From Thermoanaerobaculia bacterium (GTDB lineage: Bacteria; Acidobacteriota; Thermoanaerobaculia; Multivoradales; UBA5704): DNA of 64,000 bases. The translations under genes were made by a program, and so were the position numbers. Below are positions 18,803-31,106 of the stretch, piece after piece. Positions within the stretch are counted from its first letter, which is position 1; every line of letters begins with the position of its first letter. Under the pieces are notes generated by a model. That model ran no database searches and was not told the origin of the DNA. It saw only the letters and a program-made list of their open reading frames with translations. The stretch spans positions 16,570 to 80,569 of the forward strand of contig JBGAGQ010000024.1 in the NCBI GenBank assembly GCA_044226625.1, in the 5' to 3' direction.

Positions 18803-19381
18803 TTGGAAGCCGCCGAAAGTTCGGCCGACGAACTATCCGCGCTGATGGTCCGCTACCAGGCGGGAGATGGACGGGCGTTCGACGAGATCTACCGTGCTCT
18901 CTCACCGATCCTCCGGAGGTATCTCATTTCCCTGACCCGAAATGCCGTGGTCGCGGACGATCTGCTGCAGGAGACGTTCCTTCAGTTGCACCGCGCCCGC
19001 CACACTTATCGGCCCGACCGCCCGGTGCGGCCTTGGGCGTTTGCGATCGCGCGCCACGCCTTCCTGATGGACCGCCGGACGAAAGCGCGAAAGGGCTTCG
19101 ACCTGTTTCCGGAGGGTGAGGCACCGGATCTGCCGGTACCTCCGGAGGTCGAAGGGCTCGCCGACCGGCAAGCGCTCGCCCGAGCCCTGCGGGGCGTGCC
19201 CGAAGACCGACGGGAAGCGCTGGTGCTGCATCACGTGGTCGGTCTCTCGTTCCAAGAGATCGGGGCGACGCTTGGAATTCGAGGCGGTGCAGCCAAGCTC
19301 CGTGCGCATCGCGGCATGGTGAAATTGCGAGAGTTGCTCCTCGGAGCGGGACGCAAAGACGAGGCAGAGTCATCTGTATGA
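18803..19381 (+). CDS. ECF RNA polymerase sigma factor
   Basis: ADDLLQETFL, WAFAIARH, GLSFQEIG..LG, AKLRAHRG; AGGAGGA RBS before TTG. Confidence 0.92.
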   Translation: MEAAESSADELSALMVRYQAGDGRAFDEIYRALSPILRRYLISLTRNAVVADDLLQETFLQLHRARHTYRPDRPVRPWAFAIARHAFLMDRRTKARKGFDLFPEGEAPDLPVPPEVEGLADRQALARALRGVPEDRREALVLHHVVGLSFQEIGATLGIRGGAAKLRAHRGMVKLRELLLGAGRKDEAESSV

Positions 19382-20070
19382 GAGAAGCCAAGGAATACGG
19401 CGCGGAGCCGCCGGAGAGCTTACGCGCGGCGATCTACGCCGACCTGAAGCCCGTCACGCCCGTCGCGCCCTCCTATCGCCGCGCGATCCTGCTCGTTCCG
19501 TGGACCCTGATCGCGCTCGCCATTTTCTGGAGCCGATTCGGTTTTCGTCCCGACATGCCGGTGCTCGGGTTCGTCCTGGCCTGGGGCCTCTCCGCCGCTC
19601 AACTGCTCCTGGCGCTCTGGGTTGCCGTAGGGGCAATCCGAGGGACGATTCCAGGGGATGGATTGCCGAACTCGATTCTTTGGACAGGAGCCTTCGGAGC
19701 CTTCGGCCTGCATCTGGCGGGACTGGCGCTTGCGTTTCGGCAGAGCCCGTTCCCTGCGCCGCCGGCCAAGGTGACCGCCGAGCTGCATGCCTGTTTCTAC
19801 TATGAGCTCCTGATCGCCACTCCCCTGCTCGTGATCGGTGTTTGGCTCCTAGCGCGCGGTTTCGCGTTCCGGCCGGCAATCGGCGGCGCCCTTGCCGGAC
19901 TCGCCGCCGGATTGCTGGCTGACTCGACCTGGCGGTTGATCTGCCCCTTCTCCTTTCCCAGTCATGTATTGCCGGCACACACGGGACCGATCCTCACCAT
20001 GTCGATTCTCGGCGCGGGGCTCGGCCTGGCGGTCGAGCGCCTCCGCCGCGGAGGCAATCGCAGGATCTAA
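19378..20070 (+). CDS. Membrane anti-sigma factor, NrsF/DUF1109-like
   Basis: ATGA overlap with sigma; ~6 TM helices; conserved-type Cys (HAC, LICP) and His near C-terminus. Confidence 0.75.
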   Translation: MREAKEYGAEPPESLRAAIYADLKPVTPVAPSYRRAILLVPWTLIALAIFWSRFGFRPDMPVLGFVLAWGLSAAQLLLALWVAVGAIRGTIPGDGLPNSILWTGAFGAFGLHLAGLALAFRQSPFPAPPAKVTAELHACFYYELLIATPLLVIGVWLLARGFAFRPAIGGALAGLAAGLLADSTWRLICPFSFPSHVLPAHTGPILTMSILGAGLGLAVERLRRGGNRRI

Positions 20071-20114
20071 ACCCGTTTCCCGACTCCCAAGTCAGCGAGT
20101 ACAGCGGGTACGAT

Positions 20115-23100
20115 TCACTCGCTTCCTAGAAGGCCGAGGTCCGTCGTAGGCACCATCGCGCGAAACGCAGGGACGTCCTTCTCGAAGAGCCCTTCCAACT
20201 CGGCGAAAATCGGAACGGCCTTCTCTTCTTCTTCCTCGATCGCGCGCATTTGGGTTGCGTTCGGCGGATCCCAGGAGCTCCCCAGGGTGGAGAGAAGGTC
20301 GTCGAGCTCCGAGATCAGGTCGTCGCTCTTGGGCCGGCCCACCACCTCGTCGGATTTCCAGAGCTTGCGCTCGACCGTTTCGAGCTTTTGCCGGAGCTCC
20401 CGGCCCGCCTTCTCCAAGGCCTTCACCTCGGCCGCCTTTTCGCTGGAACCGTCTTTCCGGCGCCTCTCCTCATCGCGCTTGTTCACCCGGTCGAGAATCA
20501 ACCGCAGGTCCGCCTTCGTTCTGCTGACCCGCCAAGCGCCCAGGGAAACTCTCTCCTTGAGCGCACCGGCCCGGCGCAGAGCGGCGAAGTTCGCGGCACG
20601 GTTCGCCTCAGAAATCGAGATCCTGGGATCCGAAAGAACGCGAACGGATCCTTCCGCGGTCTGGTCGCCATACGCCACCGTGACGGTGTAGACGCCCGGA
20701 ACGACCTGCGGCCCCCCAGCCCGGAACGGCGAGGGCGGCTTGCGGGTAGGCGGTTCCTTGACCGGATCCACGCGAAGATCCCAAATCACCCGATTCACGC
20801 CGAGCGTCACGCTCTGCTCGAACGAGCGGAGCAGCTGGCCGCCCGCATCCCGCACCTGGATCCTCGCTTTCGTCTTCGGCTCGGCGTCAACCTCGGGCCG
20901 AGATCCCTCATCGGTCCGAGCGGGCTGAGCGCCGTTCGGCGCCGGAACCGCAAGTCGCTTCGTTTCCTTACGCTCCCGTTCGACCGCGGGATCGGGGTGA
21001 GGGAGCTGGGGATCGTTCACGACGAAGGTCGTCGTCGCCCCATAGGAGCGATTCTTTCCCTTGTAGTCGTTGCCGCCGGGAAAGCGGGGGCCGGTCGATC
21101 GCGCGGACCAATACTGCTGAGCGTCGCCGATCGGAAACAGGTAGAGGGATTTCGCCAGGATCGCCGCGGTCATCTCCCGCAGCGGTTCGAGATCGTCCAA
21201 CACGAAAACCCCGCGGCCATGGGTGGCGATCAGCAGATCCCGCTCGCGCGGCTGGATCGCGAGATCCATGACCGACACGGTGGGCAGCCCATGCCGGAAG
21301 GGATACCACTTGCCGCCGCCGTCGAGCGAAAACCAGAGACCGAACTCGGTCCCGAGGAAGAGGAGGTTCGGTGCCACTGGGTCCTGGGTGATCGCAAGCG
21401 CATACCCTCGGAGGTCCGGGGTTGCGAGGCTCTTCCAGGTCTTGCCGAAATCGTCGGTCCGATAGACGTACGTCGTGTAATTCGCTCGCCGGTGATCGTC
21501 GAAAACGACGAACGCGGAAGCCGCGTCGTAGGTCGAGGCGTGGATGTGGGGAATCCAAGTGTTCGCCGGAACGCCGGGGACGTTGCCCTCGACGCTCGCC
21601 CAGTCCTTGCCGCCGTTGCGCGTCACGTGCAGGCGGCCGTCGTCCGAGCCGACCCAGAGGACACCCTTCTCCTTGGGGCTCGGCTCGATCGCAAGCAGAG
21701 TGGTGAAGTTTTCGGCCCCCGTCACGTCCTGGGTCACGCCGCCGGTCTCCTTCGGCTGCCATTCCTTACGATTGGTCGTGAGATCGGGGCTGATCACCGT
21801 CCAGGTTTCGCCGCGGTCGGTCGACCGATGGACGAATTGGCTACCGTAATAAATCGTGTCCGGATCGAACGGGTCGAGGCCCAGCGCGGAGTTCCAGTTG
21901 AAACGAAGCTCGGGACCCTCCTTCTCCCGGACCGGTTGAATCGCCTTCCGCACGCCGGTGCTCAAATCCCAACGGACCAACGCCCCACCCTGGCTCATCG
22001 CGTATCCCTTGGACGAATCGCGCGGGTCGGGGGCGGTGTCGAAACCATCGCCGAAGTCCACCTCCTGCCAGTGGAGATTCCGGATGTCCCCGACCTCCCA
22101 TACAGAGGAAGGACCGCGCCAGGAGCCGTTGTCCTGCAGCCCGAAATAGACGTGGTAGGGCACGTCGTTGTCGAAACGGATGTGATAGAGCTGCGAAAGC
22201 GGAAGGCCGCCGGCGAACGACCAGCTCTCGCCATGGTCTCGGCTGGTAAACACGCCGCCGTCGTTGCCGTCGATCAGATGGGTCGGATCGCTCGCGTCGA
22301 TCCAGAGAGCATGGTGATCGGGATGGGCGGCCGTCGCGCCGGCCAGCGTCTTCCAGGTCTTGCCCGCGTCGGTCGAGACGTCGAGGGTGACCTCCAGGCG
22401 ATAGATCCGATTCGGGTCCGCGGGGTCCACCCGAATGTCGCCGAAATAGAAGGGGCGATCGTTGACGTCGGGATCGGTGTTCACCGAATCCCAGCTGATG
22501 CCGCCGTCCTCGGACCGGAGGAGCGCGGGCTTCTTCGCCTCGACCAGGGCATAGACCACTTTCGGATTCGAGCGCGCGATCGCCAGTCCGATCCGTCCGA
22601 GATCTCCCTTCGGCAGGCCGTCGTCTTCGTTCAGGCGCTTCCAGGATTCGCCGCCGTCGTTGCTCACGAACAGCCCGGAGCCGGGCCCACCGGAGCGAAA
22701 TTGGTAGGGCCAGCGCCGGTAATCCCACATCGCCGCGAAGATCTTGTTCGGGTTGCTCGGATCCATCACCAGATCGGCGCACCCGGTCCGCTCGTCGACG
22801 TACAGCACGCGCCGCCAGGTGACCCCGCCGTCGGTCGTCTTGTAGACCCCCCGCTCCGGGTTCTCGCCCCAGATCTTCCCCAATGCCGCCACGTACGCGG
22901 TGTTCGGCTTCCGAGGGTCGATCACGACCCGGTGGATGTGCTCCGTCTTTTCGAGGCCCATCCGCTTCCACGTCTTGCCGCCGTCCAGCGTCTTGAAGAG
23001 ACCCTCGCCGATCGAGACGCTGTTGCGAGGGTTCCCCTCCCCGGTGCCCACCCAAACGACCGCGGAGTTCGTCGGGTCGATCGCCAGGGCTCCGATCGAG

Positions 23101-23369
23101 GCGACCGGCTGATCGTCGAACACGGGCTCCCACGTCAAGCCGCCGCTCTCGGATTTCCAGACCCCGCCCGTCGCGGTGCCGACCCAGATCACCGCGGGGT
23201 TTCTCGGATCCGAGTCGATCGCGGCGATCCGGCCGCTCATCGCGGCCGGCCCGATCGACCTGGCCTTCAGGCCGGCCAGAAGCGCCGGATCGATCCCGGG
23301 GACCCCCGCGGCGCCGACGAGTGAGGGGAGGAGAAGAGCCAGGAGACAGCAAAGGACCGCGCGGCGCAT
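20115..23369 (-). CDS. Secreted VPS10/BNR-repeat beta-propeller protein (glycosyl hydrolase-like)
   Basis: Signal peptide; RSIGPAAMSGRIA, many S/TxDGGxTW Asp-boxes, GLQDNG, RFNWN, ATHGRG; helical C-terminus. Confidence 0.88.
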   Translation of the reverse strand: MRRAVLCCLLALLLPSLVGAAGVPGIDPALLAGLKARSIGPAAMSGRIAAIDSDPRNPAVIWVGTATGGVWKSESGGLTWEPVFDDQPVASIGALAIDPTNSAVVWVGTGEGNPRNSVSIGEGLFKTLDGGKTWKRMGLEKTEHIHRVVIDPRKPNTAYVAALGKIWGENPERGVYKTTDGGVTWRRVLYVDERTGCADLVMDPSNPNKIFAAMWDYRRWPYQFRSGGPGSGLFVSNDGGESWKRLNEDDGLPKGDLGRIGLAIARSNPKVVYALVEAKKPALLRSEDGGISWDSVNTDPDVNDRPFYFGDIRVDPADPNRIYRLEVTLDVSTDAGKTWKTLAGATAAHPDHHALWIDASDPTHLIDGNDGGVFTSRDHGESWSFAGGLPLSQLYHIRFDNDVPYHVYFGLQDNGSWRGPSSVWEVGDIRNLHWQEVDFGDGFDTAPDPRDSSKGYAMSQGGALVRWDLSTGVRKAIQPVREKEGPELRFNWNSALGLDPFDPDTIYYGSQFVHRSTDRGETWTVISPDLTTNRKEWQPKETGGVTQDVTGAENFTTLLAIEPSPKEKGVLWVGSDDGRLHVTRNGGKDWASVEGNVPGVPANTWIPHIHASTYDAASAFVVFDDHRRANYTTYVYRTDDFGKTWKSLATPDLRGYALAITQDPVAPNLLFLGTEFGLWFSLDGGGKWYPFRHGLPTVSVMDLAIQPRERDLLIATHGRGVFVLDDLEPLREMTAAILAKSLYLFPIGDAQQYWSARSTGPRFPGGNDYKGKNRSYGATTTFVVNDPQLPHPDPAVERERKETKRLAVPAPNGAQPARTDEGSRPEVDAEPKTKARIQVRDAGGQLLRSFEQSVTLGVNRVIWDLRVDPVKEPPTRKPPSPFRAGGPQVVPGVYTVTVAYGDQTAEGSVRVLSDPRISISEANRAANFAALRRAGALKERVSLGAWRVSRTKADLRLILDRVNKRDEERRRKDGSSEKAAEVKALEKAGRELRQKLETVERKLWKSDEVVGRPKSDDLISELDDLLSTLGSSWDPPNATQMRAIEEEEEKAVPIFAELEGLFEKDVPAFRAMVPTTDLGLLGSE

Positions 23370-23427
23370 CGAATTGCCTCCAGAGGGAGAAGGTGGGGCC
23401 CAAGCCTAGCCGCCCGACGATTTTCCT

Positions 23428-23453
23428 CGCAACCTTTCCGCTCCTTCGGCGTA
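23428..23453 (+). promoter_or_regulatory. Candidate ECF-sigma promoter for the 23548 operon
   Basis: CGCAAC-N16-CGTA; overlaps a divergent TTGCGA-N18-TAGGCT sigma70-like promoter (23403-23432, minus). Confidence 0.45.
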
Positions 23454-23547
23454 CCGAAGAAGGAGGCCCGAAGGGGCCCGGTAAGGGTAGCTGTCGTCGG
23501 CATTCCGGTAGACTGGCTTCCTACATACCCCCTCACAGGAGACTCAT

Positions 23548-24315
23548 ATGGTTCGCAAAGTGCTGACCTCCTTCGCCGTCGCGGCGATCTTCGCGACGAC
23601 GGCCTTCGCTCAAACGGCCGACGAGCTCATCGAGAAGAATATCCAGGCCCGCGGCGGGCGCGAGAAAATGAACGCCGTCAAGACGCTGCGCATGACCGGC
23701 AAGATCGTCGTCGGCCCCGGGATCGAGGCGCCGTTCGTTCGCGAGGCGAGCCGTCCCAACAAGCTCCGCATGGAATTCACGATCCAGGGAATGACCGCCG
23801 TCCAGACCTATGACGGCACCAACGCCTGGGCGCTGATGCCGTTCCTGGGCAAAAAGGACGCCGAAGCGATGTCGGCCGACGAGCTCAAGGAAGTCGAGGA
23901 CCAGGCGGACATCGACGGTCCCCTCGTGGACTACAAGAGCAAGGGCCACACCGTGGAGCTGATCGGCAAGGAGGACATCGAAGGCACGCCGGCCTACAAG
24001 CTCAAGGTCACCAAGAAGAACGGCGGCGTCGACTACACCTACCTCGATTCCGAGACCTTCCTGGAAATCAAGGGCGAGTCCAAGCGCACCGTTCGCGGAC
24101 AGGAAGTGGAGCTCGAGACCTCGATCGGCGACTACAAAGAGGTCGACGGCGTCCTCTATCCCTTCTCGGTCCAGCAGAAGCCGAAAGGTGCGCAGGCGGC
24201 CGGCAACAACTTTGCGGTGACGATCGAGAAGATCGAGACGAACCCCACGCTGGCCGACGACCGGTTCGGCAAGCCGGCGAGCCTGCCGGGTCCCGCGGCA
24301 CCCCAGCCCAAGTAA
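23548..24315 (+). CDS. Secreted LolA-like / outer-membrane lipoprotein-sorting family protein
   Basis: Signal ending AFA; QTADELIEKNIQARGG, YDGTNAW, DYKEVDGVLYPF, DDRF motifs. Confidence 0.7.
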   Translation: MVRKVLTSFAVAAIFATTAFAQTADELIEKNIQARGGREKMNAVKTLRMTGKIVVGPGIEAPFVREASRPNKLRMEFTIQGMTAVQTYDGTNAWALMPFLGKKDAEAMSADELKEVEDQADIDGPLVDYKSKGHTVELIGKEDIEGTPAYKLKVTKKNGGVDYTYLDSETFLEIKGESKRTVRGQEVELETSIGDYKEVDGVLYPFSVQQKPKGAQAAGNNFAVTIEKIETNPTLADDRFGKPASLPGPAAPQPK

Positions 24316-24411
24316 GCGCCCTTCTTCGGACTCGCGCCTGGGGGATGCGGCGCGAGTCCATCACGCCGCCACGGACGGGTGGCGAATCGCACCTCGCAGG
24401 AAAGGAAAACC

Positions 24412-27540
<3,129 letters not shown>

Positions 27541-27606
27541 GAAAGCCTAAGAAGTGAGAAGAAGGGAAGGGGCCGGAGCGAGGAGATGCGCTCCGGCCCG
27601 TTGCCT

Positions 27607-28986
27607 TTACCGAGCCCGAAGAACCGAGCGGCTCGCCGCGAGATATTTCGCTAGCTCGGCGACGAGATCGCCGGTGGCGCTCTCCGTTTCGATCGCTCGT
27701 CGAAGAATCAGAATCGCGGCCACGGCACCTCGCTCGAGCTCGCGAACCCGATAGGGGAGGAGGATGGCCTCGCCGAAGAGACGTCTCATGTCCCCTTTGC
27801 GTCCTTGCCGCACGTAGAGCTCCGCGAGGTCGAACAGGACGCCGATGGCGTCCTGACCGAGTCCCGACTCGAGCAGGTGGATCCGCACCGCCTGCAAAGC
27901 CGCCTCTCCTTCCGCGGCGCTGCCCACGGCCAGCGTCGCGCGGGCTTCCATCCAGCGAACCCGAAGAGCTTCCCCGTCCGAGCCCAGCCTTTCGTACAGC
28001 GACCGCGCTCGCCAAAGGTGCCCGAGCGCCTCCCTTCCCCGCCCGGTCTCGACCAGGAGCGTTCCGAGCCTCTGGAGAGCGTCGGCGAGGCGGGCCGGAT
28101 CGCTTCCCGGTTCGATCGAATCGACGACCTCGGCGAACGCGTCGACCGCCAGATCGACTCGCTGCGCCCGAACCGCCATGGTTCCGACCTCCCAGAGCGT
28201 GGCCGCGAGAAGCCCGCGCTCTCCCAGCTTTCGATAGAGCGCGACCGCCTCCAGTCCCAGCGCGGTCGCGGATTCGACCCGCCCCAGCATCAGCTCGAAC
28301 CGGGCTTCGAGACGGGCGAGCTCCGCACCATTCCAAGGATCTTGGGTGCCCAGGCTGGAGAGCGAATGCGCCATCCGGAACGCTCTTTGCGCCTCCTCGC
28401 GCTCTCCCGCTTCGCGCGCCACGTCTCCGCAATGGGCCCAGGCGCGGGCTTCGAGATCGCGGACGATCGAGGATCCCCACGCTTTGGAGTCGAGCCGCTC
28501 GGCGACCGCGAGGGCCAGCTCGACGAGCTCTCGATCGGCGAGGTTTCCTCGCGGACGCGCGGGGGTGCCCTGCCGGCCCGAAGTCGCCGGCCCGCGCTTT
28601 GCGAGAAGCGCCTCGCACAGCGCCGGAAGATGGAACCGCGGATCGCGCTCGACTTTCGCTCGGCGCTCGACGGGAGGGTCTCTGAGCAGCTCCTGGAGCA
28701 GTGCCGGTGTCGCCTCGCGCGCACCCGCCAGCACGGCTCTGTGCTCCCTGGCGATCCGTACCGCCCGGTCCATGGCCGACTGATAATCGTTAGGCTTCGC
28801 ATCCTTCCTAGAAGGAGGAGTCGCGCCAACGGCCCGCGCGAGGGGGCGCCAGAGATCGCCTGCCAACTGGCGACAGGAGAGGCAGCCGCCGATCAGGTGA
28901 CGTACGACCCTTCGGCTCTCGGTGGCGGAAAGCTCGCCCCGCAGGAAACGTTCGAGATCTCCGGGATCGGGATGGCTGATGGACAC
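27607..28986 (-). CDS. Cytoplasmic protein with N-terminal zf-HC2-like zinc finger and TPR-like helical repeats
   Basis: HP....LERFLRGELS..E.R.VVRHLIGGCLSC followed by Ala/Leu/Glu/Arg-rich TPR-like helices; no TM segment. Confidence 0.7.
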   Translation of the reverse strand: MSISHPDPGDLERFLRGELSATESRRVVRHLIGGCLSCRQLAGDLWRPLARAVGATPPSRKDAKPNDYQSAMDRAVRIAREHRAVLAGAREATPALLQELLRDPPVERRAKVERDPRFHLPALCEALLAKRGPATSGRQGTPARPRGNLADRELVELALAVAERLDSKAWGSSIVRDLEARAWAHCGDVAREAGEREEAQRAFRMAHSLSSLGTQDPWNGAELARLEARFELMLGRVESATALGLEAVALYRKLGERGLLAATLWEVGTMAVRAQRVDLAVDAFAEVVDSIEPGSDPARLADALQRLGTLLVETGRGREALGHLWRARSLYERLGSDGEALRVRWMEARATLAVGSAAEGEAALQAVRIHLLESGLGQDAIGVLFDLAELYVRQGRKGDMRRLFGEAILLPYRVRELERGAVAAILILRRAIETESATGDLVAELAKYLAASRSVLRAR

Positions 28987-29123
28987 GGGAAGCCCCTCCG
29001 GCGTGATCGATGGCGAACCTGTCGGGCTTCAGCGGCGCCGCAGGAAGGAAACTCGACGCCCCCGCAGGAGAAAAAGGGGGGGCGGTTGCCCCATATCCGA
29101 GAAATTAATTCTCATAGTCGACA

Positions 29124-29153
29124 ACTCTAGGCCCTGCGTCTTGTCTTTGTCAA
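29124..29153 (-). promoter_or_regulatory. Sigma70-type promoter for the zinc-finger/TPR gene
   Basis: Minus strand TTGACA-N18-TAGAGT in an AT-rich intergenic stretch. Confidence 0.6.
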
Positions 29154-29220
29154 GCAACAAGTTGCGGTCGCAAGCTACTCAAGCCCAGGATGTAAGTTAT
29201 TGAAAGAAAGGAGCTTACGG

Positions 29221-29249
29221 TTGCCAACGGAAGCGCCCCGCGCTATCTT
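29221..29249 (+). promoter_or_regulatory. Sigma70-type promoter for the XRE gene (likely leaderless mRNA)
   Basis: TTGCCA-N17-TATCTT, with ATG 7 nt downstream and no Shine-Dalgarno. Confidence 0.55.
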
Positions 29250-29256
29250 TCCCGAT

Positions 29257-29748
29257 ATGCCAATCTTTCATGGTTTGGGGAGATCCTTGCGCTGGCTGCG
29301 CGACCGGCAAGGCAAGCGGCAGTACCAAGTGGCGGATGCCGCCGGCATCACCAAGGCGATGCTGTCCGCCTATGAAACCGGTAAACAAAAGCCGTCCTTG
29401 GACACCCTGGAAAAAATCCTCGAAGCGCTGAACAGCGACCTTGCTGACCTCCACAGCGCGCTGCAGATCGTCAACGAAAGGCCGGCGACCGGTCGCCGGC
29501 CCGAGCCCATGCCGGCGGGTGGTTGGGCCTCCGCCTGGCGTGCCGGATCGTCCCCGAGCGCGGGCGAATCGGGCCCTCGGGTGGACGTCTACCGGACGCT
29601 CGGGATCGATCGGCCTTTGCCCGAGGAAGAGGAACAAGCCTTGGGCGAGATGCTCGCCGGCTTCCACCGCCTGCTTCGGTTTCTGCACCGAGCGGGCTCG
29701 CTCTCGGAAACGGCGGCGGAAGAGAGGGTCGACATCCTCTCCGACTGA
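29257..29748 (+). CDS. XRE-family helix-turn-helix transcriptional regulator
   Basis: LRWLRDRQGKRQYQVADAAGITKAMLSAYETGKQKPSLDTLEKILEAL. Confidence 0.9.
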   Translation: MPIFHGLGRSLRWLRDRQGKRQYQVADAAGITKAMLSAYETGKQKPSLDTLEKILEALNSDLADLHSALQIVNERPATGRRPEPMPAGGWASAWRAGSSPSAGESGPRVDVYRTLGIDRPLPEEEEQALGEMLAGFHRLLRFLHRAGSLSETAAEERVDILSD

Positions 29749-29761
29749 GCTGACCTTAGGT

Positions 29762-31093
29762 TCAGAGAGGCAGCAGGGCGTATCGCAGGACGAGCAAGAG
29801 GGCGAGTAGCCAGAGGACGGGATGGACCTGACGCGCCTTTCCGGCGGCTGCCTTGACCACCGGATAGACGACGAAACCCGCGGCCAGACCGTGGGCGATG
29901 TTGAACGTCAACGGCATCACGATCGCGGTGAGAAACGCGGGTGCCGCCTCGGTCGGATCGGTCCAATCGATTTCGCGCACGACCCCCATCATCAGGATCC
30001 CGACCAGCACCAGGGCGGGTGCCGTGATCGGGTAGCGCCCATCGATGCCGAGACCCACCACCTGAACGAGCGGCGAGAAGACCAGAGAAGCGAAGAGCAA
30101 TAGGCTGGTGACGACGCTCGCGAGGCCGGTGCGCGCTCCCGCCGCCACGCCGGCGCCGCTTTCGATGTACGAGGTGACCGCCGAGGTGCCGACCAGCGCT
30201 CCGGCCACCATCCCTCCAGAATCGGCGGCGAGCGCGCGGTCGAGTCGCGCGAGCTCCCCGCGCGAATCCACCAGCCCCGCCTGATGACCGACGGCCAGCA
30301 ACGTTCCGAGGGTGTCGAACAGGGTGAAGAACAGGGTGGTGAGGATGACCGGCAGATAGCGCCAGCTCAAGGCGCCGCCTAGGTCGATCTGCAACCCGGG
30401 AAGCTCGAAACGGGGAATGCGGAAAACCTCCTTGGGTAGAGGTACCATGCCGGTCGCGAGCGCCGCCACGATCGTGGCCGCGAGTCCCCAGAAGATCGCG
30501 GTCCGTACGCCTCGCGCGAACAAAACCAGTGAAACGAACAGACCGAACAGCGTGAGGAGCGCGGGGCGCGAGGAGAGCGGGGCGAGGCCCACGAGAGTGT
30601 TCGGGTCGGCGCGGATCAGCCCGCCCTGCTCGAGACCGATGAACGCGATGAACAAGCCGATGCCCATCGCCCCCGCGAGCGTGAGCACACGCGGAACCGA
30701 GCGGACGAGAAAAGTTCGCGCGCCGACGAGGGTCAGCAGGACGAACAGCACTCCGGACCAGAAGACGATGCCGAGCGCGGTCTGCCACTTGACTCCCGCG
30801 CCCAGGCAGATGCCGTAGGCGAAGAAGGCGTTCAGCCCCATGCCGGGCGCGAGCGCCACGGGGTAGTTGGCAAACAAGCCCATCATCAGCGTGGCGATCC
30901 CGGCGCTGATCGCCGTCGCGGAGATCGCCCCGGGGAGCGGCATGCCCGTCGCCTGCAAGATCACCGGGTTGACGAACAGGATGTACGCCATCGTGAGGAA
31001 GGTCGCGAGGCCGCCAAGCGCCTCGCGTCCGAGGGTCGACCCGGCGGCGCGGACGCCGAAGAAACGATCGAGAGATCCCTGCGGCTCGCTCAT
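29762..31093 (-). CDS. NCS2/AzgA family purine permease
   Basis: TFLTMAYILFVNP, APGMGLNAFF, FDTLGTL, TSYIESGAGV..GARTGL motifs. Confidence 0.93.
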   Translation of the reverse strand: MSEPQGSLDRFFGVRAAGSTLGREALGGLATFLTMAYILFVNPVILQATGMPLPGAISATAISAGIATLMMGLFANYPVALAPGMGLNAFFAYGICLGAGVKWQTALGIVFWSGVLFVLLTLVGARTFLVRSVPRVLTLAGAMGIGLFIAFIGLEQGGLIRADPNTLVGLAPLSSRPALLTLFGLFVSLVLFARGVRTAIFWGLAATIVAALATGMVPLPKEVFRIPRFELPGLQIDLGGALSWRYLPVILTTLFFTLFDTLGTLLAVGHQAGLVDSRGELARLDRALAADSGGMVAGALVGTSAVTSYIESGAGVAAGARTGLASVVTSLLLFASLVFSPLVQVVGLGIDGRYPITAPALVLVGILMMGVVREIDWTDPTEAAPAFLTAIVMPLTFNIAHGLAAGFVVYPVVKAAAGKARQVHPVLWLLALLLVLRYALLPL

Positions 31094-31106
31094 CTGGCTC
31101 CTCCTC

